Virus record (IMG/VR): IMGVR_UViG_3300050343_000159
Length of the DNA stretch: 64,000 nucleotides
Source of the DNA: a virus
Taxonomy: Duplodnaviria; Caudoviricetes
Reading direction: 5' to 3' (one strand)
Shown: one piece after another, positions 59,751 through 64,000 of the stretch
How the letters are laid out: each line of letters opens with the position of its first letter
Numbering within the stretch: position 1 is the first letter of the stretch
Made by a program: the position numbers and the translations under genes
The notes under the pieces: model-generated
What the model saw: the letters and a program-made list of their open reading frames with translations, nothing else
What the model was told of the DNA's origin: nothing
Database searches by the model: none

Positions 59751-60560
59751 TGGACAACACCTGGGAACTTCTAAACATTGTTGAGAGGACAATTGATAGT
59801 GCATTCCAAGGCAAACAGATGCTCAACATGTATGAGTATCTGAAAGTCTATCAAAGCAACTAAGAGAGATGCTACTGAATTTATTGATAGTTCTGTAGCC
59901 AGAGAGATTCAACTTCTTGTTATGGATCTTGAGGATTATCTTGAAGGTGGTAATGATGAACAACACAAACAACTGAGAGAAGGTTATGGTCATCTGGGCA
60001 AACCCGAAGCCAGAAAGATAAAAGATTATCTCTATTCTATACTAGAGGATGCATGGAAATATGAGCAAGAAAAAAGACCAGGAAGAAGGAGGAAAGCTTC
60101 TAAATAACAAAACAAGTAACCTACCATCAGAGATAGATAGAGGTGTTGAGTTACTATTAAGAAATAAAAAAGGGAGGGTTGGATCAAAAACTTTTCAGAT
60201 TAAATTTGATAAGATGATTTCTCTCTTCAAAAGAGAGTTCCACTTGAATATCGATTTTAGTTTCGATATAAAGAAGAAACCCTAGGAGGTTAAGATGTTA
60301 GCAGTTACTCTCACGTTCTCAGCATTGTTTTCAGTCATGTTCCTTGTGTTAGGAACAGTACTTGGTTGGTTAGCTAAAGACTATGTACTACAAAGAGACT
60401 CTAAGTACATTCCACTTCACCCTGAGATGTTTGATGAGAATGGACAAGTTATCCCTGATGAAGTATTGGCAGTAAGGTTTGAGAATGATATGCTTGATCC
60501 CGATGATCCTTTGAACTAACTCAATAAATACGATATACTGAAACGAGAAAGAAAATTACT

Positions 60561-61019
60561 ATGGCTACATCAACAAAACTCCCACCTAATGCTTTTGTGC
60601 ATGAGATTCTTGCACATGTATCTAAACAAAAAAGTGTTGCAAAGAAAGTAGAAGCACTGCAAGAGTATCGTAATGATGCTCTTACTGCAGTTTTGATTTG
60701 GAACTTTGACGATACTGTTTATAGTCTTCTCCCTGAAGGTGAGGTTCCCTTTAACAAGAATGAAGTACCTGTAGGGACTGACCACACCTCCCTGAGAAGG
60801 GAGTGGAAGAACCTCTACCACTTTATCAAGGGTGGTAACGACAAACTCTCCAAGACCCGTAGAGAGTCCATGTTCATTCAGATGTTGGAAGGTCTTCACC
60901 CAGAAGAGGCAGGTGTCATTTGTCTGGTGAAGGATAAGAACCTTGGGACAAAATACAAACTGACCAAAGACCACGTAGCTAAAGCCTTTCCTGATATAGT
61001 ATGGGGAGGTAGATCGTAA
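60561..61019 (+). CDS. Conserved T4-like hypothetical protein
   Basis: LPEGEVP, LRREW..LYHF.KGG, FIQMLEGLHP.EA; TAAATA upstream. Confidence 0.7.
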   Translation: MATSTKLPPNAFVHEILAHVSKQKSVAKKVEALQEYRNDALTAVLIWNFDDTVYSLLPEGEVPFNKNEVPVGTDHTSLRREWKNLYHFIKGGNDKLSKTRRESMFIQMLEGLHPEEAGVICLVKDKNLGTKYKLTKDHVAKAFPDIVWGGRS

Positions 61020-61765
61020 ATCCTATGAAAATCGTTCACGAAAACTGTGATCTTGAAAAGTGTAACAACATCAAGTTACCAAACACTGCTTATGTTGTGA
61101 CTTACAAGGTCGATGGTAAAGAGTGTAATGACATTACCATCTCACAGAAACAGGTTGAGATCTTTGACCAGTATTATGACAAGTATAAGAAAGATCTAAT
61201 TAAAATTGTTCAATCAAAAGGAACAGCAAATCCAAAACTATGGAAAGGAGTGGAGAAAGATGTCAAAGGGGTTTGATATTAACTTCGAAGGTCTTGATAT
61301 GAGCCAAGAGGTGTTCAAGAACTTGTCAAGAAGTATAAGAAGATCAAGAAGTATCAGAAGTCTTCACTGTTTGCGGTGAAGACTATGGATGGTACAGAAG
61401 AGATCGTTTCTAAGATGGTAGAGGAAGCCCGTGAAGGAGGGTTCTAATCCTGTTGATGTCCTCAGGTTGATATCAGAACTTGAGGGTAGTTCACAAATGC
61501 TCAATACTATTGGAATGTTATGATGACAAAGAAACGATCGACGAAATCAAAAAGAGGTTTTACAGAATTTACTTCGACCTCAAACGATCCCTACGACAGA
61601 CACAAGTATAGGATGAGGTTTGTTGATACGGATAAAGCTATTATCTTTGATGACTATGAAACTATGAGAGTATTTTGGTTTCAACACGCTGGTATGAAAA
61701 GACCTTGTGTTGTTGATGTAATCGATTAAACTTTGTTAAATAAATATTCGAAAGGTTAGTAGAAT

Positions 61766-62080
61766 ATGCTATCGACCAAGTATCGGCTTCGGCTTGAATT
61801 TATCTGTAAGTGTATTGCTAGTGGTGAGGAAGTAAAACTAGATGATATGGTTTGGGCACAGAAACTTGCTAAAGCAAATACATCTGCTAATGAGATGTTA
61901 AAGAAAGCAAGACGACAATCTTCTCAAGATATTGAAGAAGGTAGTACCGACGATTTTCTGAATAGGATGGGTTTAGGAGACCCCGATCCATCCAATCATA
62001 AAACGGGGTTTAGTAGTGCTGATGATATCAAGGACTGGTTTAAACAAGACAAACCTAAGGATTGGAGACAGAGGGACTAA
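61766..62080 (+). CDS. Conserved cyanophage/cyanobacterial hypothetical protein
   Basis: MLST.YRLRLEFIC, DW...D..DWRQRD. Confidence 0.65.
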   Translation: MLSTKYRLRLEFICKCIASGEEVKLDDMVWAQKLAKANTSANEMLKKARRQSSQDIEEGSTDDFLNRMGLGDPDPSNHKTGFSSADDIKDWFKQDKPKDWRQRD

Positions 62081-62313
62081 TGCAATCAGTAATCTATTCG
62101 AATAAAAGTCAAGAGTGTGAGAGAGCTATCATGCTTCTTTCAAATGTCCATGAAGATTTTCATGAGTATATTCTAGATGAAGACTTTACTGACAAACAAT
62201 TTCATGCAGAGTTCGGTGATACAGCAGAGTATCCACAGATTTCTATTGGGCTGAAACACAGAGGTGGATTGAAAGAAACCCTTCAGTTCATGAAAGATAA
62301 CAATATGTTCTAA
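62062..62313 (+). CDS. Glutaredoxin-like protein lacking CxxC
   Basis: YSN.SQECER, FG..AEYPQI.IG..H.GG. Confidence 0.65.
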   Translation: METEGLMQSVIYSNKSQECERAIMLLSNVHEDFHEYILDEDFTDKQFHAEFGDTAEYPQISIGLKHRGGLKETLQFMKDNNMF

Positions 62314-62315
62314 CC

Positions 62316-62345
62316 TTGACATAAATAGTGTAGAAGTGTTATAAT
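62316..62345 (+). promoter_or_regulatory. Overlapping early and late promoters for the riboswitch locus
   Basis: TTGACA 62316-21; TAAATA 62322-27; TG-n-TATAAT 62340-45. Confidence 0.75.
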
Positions 62346-62353
62346 AACACTGT

Positions 62354-62398
62354 CGTTCATCAGAGGTAACTCTGACGCAAGTAAGTTGACTCGGAACG
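62354..62398 (+). ncRNA. Glutamine riboswitch-like aptamer 1 (glnA/Downstream-peptide class)
   Basis: P1 CGTTC/GAACG; P2 TCAGAG-GTAA-CTCTGA; CGCAAGTAAG junction; upstream of a DUF4278-like gene. Confidence 0.7.
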
Positions 62399-62401
62399 GA
62401 G

Positions 62402-62583
62402 CGTTCATCCTATGGTTGATTTCTTTTTATATACAACACTCAGTTGTTCTGATGCCGATAGCATTATGCTACGGATGAGGAGTAATGATGATCTTAACGC
62501 TCAAGTTAGGATTGAATTGGTGGAGGTTCTAAAAGAATCTACACCAGAGTGTCCATGGGACGCAAAAGGCAACTGAAGGAACG
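62402..62583 (+). ncRNA. Glutamine riboswitch-like aptamer 2, split around an ORF
   Basis: CGTTCA-TCCTATGG (62402-15) ... CCATGGGA-CGCAAAAGGCAACTGAAG-GAACG (62553-83). Confidence 0.6.
62412..62576 (+). CDS. 54-aa ORF nested in aptamer 2 (not in the ORF track)
   Basis: MVDFFLYTTLSCSDADSIMLRMRSNDDLNAQVRIELVEVLKESTPECPWDAKGN*; GGAG 62398-62401. Confidence 0.65.
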   Translation: MVDFFLYTTLSCSDADSIMLRMRSNDDLNAQVRIELVEVLKESTPECPWDAKGN

Positions 62584-62617
62584 GGGCCTAAAAATCCAAC
62601 TACTTCAGGAGTATCAA

Positions 62618-62752
62618 ATGAAAGTCACGTATCGTGGTGTGTCGTATGACACAGTTGAGTATCAGAACAGACCCCAAGTTACCAAAAAAGTAACTGAAGT
62701 CTATCGTGGTATCAATCACACCGAAACTGTAAAAGTGGAGGTATCAAAATGA
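62618..62752 (+). CDS. DUF4278-like small protein
   Basis: MKVTYRGVSYD...VYRGINH; AGGAG SD at 62607-62611. Confidence 0.75.
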   Translation: MKVTYRGVSYDTVEYQNRPQVTKKVTEVYRGINHTETVKVEVSK

Positions 62753-62856
62753 ATATACTTGCCATCGAGCAAAGAAAGATTCTCAAGAAAAAAGCTATCA
62801 AGGTAGCTCAACTTGAGTTGACTAAGAAAACACTTGTTTGTTCTAACAACAAGTGA
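62749..62856 (+). CDS. 35-aa basic peptide
   Basis: MNILAIEQRKILKKKAIKVAQLELTKK...; ATGA overlap; terminator at 62866-62888 follows. Confidence 0.5.
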   Translation: MNILAIEQRKILKKKAIKVAQLELTKKTLVCSNNK

Positions 62857-63022
62857 TATAATTAAGGGAGGTAATACTCCCTTTTTTTAATGGAAAAAGA
62901 TAAACTCAAACTAATAACCAGAAACCTAAGACTGTTGGTAGATGCGCTGGAGTCTGAAGTTTATTCTGATGTAAAGGCTTATACTGAACGAATGGAAGAG
63001 ACACTTCCTCCTCTCCCAGATT

Positions 63023-63256
63023 ATGATGAGGTATTTGAAGATGATGAATGATTGGAGATACACCGATGAAAGAATGAAACTAAGGGGTGTTTGCTTATCG
63101 ATTCTTCTAAATAAGTATGGTGGAGCAAGGATTGAAGAAGCCTCCTACTCAACCAAAGATATTTACGAATGCGTTGATACCTGGGTCAGTCAAGGGAATA
63201 AAATCTCTCATGGTATCGAACCTTACTTTAAGACTTATTTTTCTAACACCACTTAA
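63023..63256 (+). CDS. Hypothetical protein
   Basis: 77-aa ORF, DWRY..ERMKLR..CL..LL.KYG. Confidence 0.55.
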   Translation: MMRYLKMMNDWRYTDERMKLRGVCLSILLNKYGGARIEEASYSTKDIYECVDTWVSQGNKISHGIEPYFKTYFSNTT

Positions 63257-63496
63257 TGTATACATTTACTAATTACGAAAGAGCTTTAAGACAATTTAGT
63301 ATTCAAGTTGAATACATATGTGCAGCGGAGATGGCTGGTAAGATTGATTCTGAGGAAGCATACCAACGAATCAAGACCCAACTTAAGACAGTCAAGAAAG
63401 TTAGAAAGTCTGTTAGAACAGGCGTACAATAAGAGTCATTCTGAATATCCAAACTCGATATTCTTTGTTTAATACCGTGAGTGGAAAGAAACCCTA

Positions 63497-64000
63497 ATGG
63501 ATCAATCAGAACAGATGAAACCCGGAGCTAAACTGGTATCAGTTACACCTGATGCTGAAAAACATATAGCATTCTGTGCTAGGGTGAGTAATCCAAACAA
63601 CCAGGACAACGAAAAGTTTTCTGGCCTACTAAAGTATTGTATCAAGAATCAACACTGGAGTATTTTTGAACAGGCGTTCATGACTCTAGAGATCACAACC
63701 AACAGGGGTATCGCAGCTCAAATCCTGCGCCACCGTTCGTTCACTTTCCAGGAGTTCTCACAGAGGTATGCCTCTACAGATTTCCTAGGTGAGATTGAAC
63801 TGCCTGAACTTCGTCGTCAGGATGATAAGAATAGACAGAATAGTATTGATGATCTTGATCCTGAACTCATTGATAAACTTGAGAGACAGATGGTAACTCT
63901 CTTTAGTTCTGCCAACTCTCTGTATCAACAGATGTTGTCAGCAGGTGTTGCTAAGGAGTGTGCACGCTTTGTGTTACCTCTCGCAACACCAACTAAAATC
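63497..64000 (+). CDS. thyX: Flavin-dependent thymidylate synthase (3' truncated by window end)
   Basis: CARVSNP, HWSIFEQA, AQILRHRSFTFQEFSQRY. Confidence 0.95.
   Translation, partial: MDQSEQMKPGAKLVSVTPDAEKHIAFCARVSNPNNQDNEKFSGLLKYCIKNQHWSIFEQAFMTLEITTNRGIAAQILRHRSFTFQEFSQRYASTDFLGEIELPELRRQDDKNRQNSIDDLDPELIDKLERQMVTLFSSANSLYQQMLSAGVAKECARFVLPLATPTKI

Overview
64 kb of an AT-rich T4-like cyanomyovirus genome (Synechococcus/Prochlorococcus-type), almost all on the + strand. In order: replication module (purC, clamp loader gp44/gp62, regA, hsp20, DNA polymerase gp43 split into two genes around purM/purS, uvsX, gp41 helicase, mazG); a late cluster of probable head-internal proteins that includes an HNH-domain protein, a sigma70-family factor and an HxGH nucleotidyltransferase; primase, nrdA/nrdB; four tRNAs; a ~14.5 kb nucleotide-sugar/glycosyltransferase island (with nadE and def); a host-derived photosynthesis region (hli x2, psbA, psbD, petF, petE, talC); a tandem glutamine-riboswitch-like locus; and the start of thyX. 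Many genes carry single-base frameshifts (nrdA, purM, psbD, epimerase, def, petE, hli and others), which is best explained by indel-type sequencing errors, so split ORFs other than gp43 are treated as single genes. Most notable observations: (1) a glutamine-riboswitch-like aptamer whose P2 loop encloses an entire 54-codon ORF, with the AUG inside the stem; (2) a Cas9-like HNH domain on a probable capsid-targeted protein that shares an N-terminal module with the neighbouring nucleotidyltransferase; (3) an H-type pseudoknot RNA heading the tRNA operon; (4) a ROSE-like RNA thermometer on hsp20; (5) the fingers-split polymerase; (6) a candidate restriction-modification pair; (7) a phage sigma70-type factor under a consensus early promoter. 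All family assignments come from motif recognition by eye; no database searches were run.
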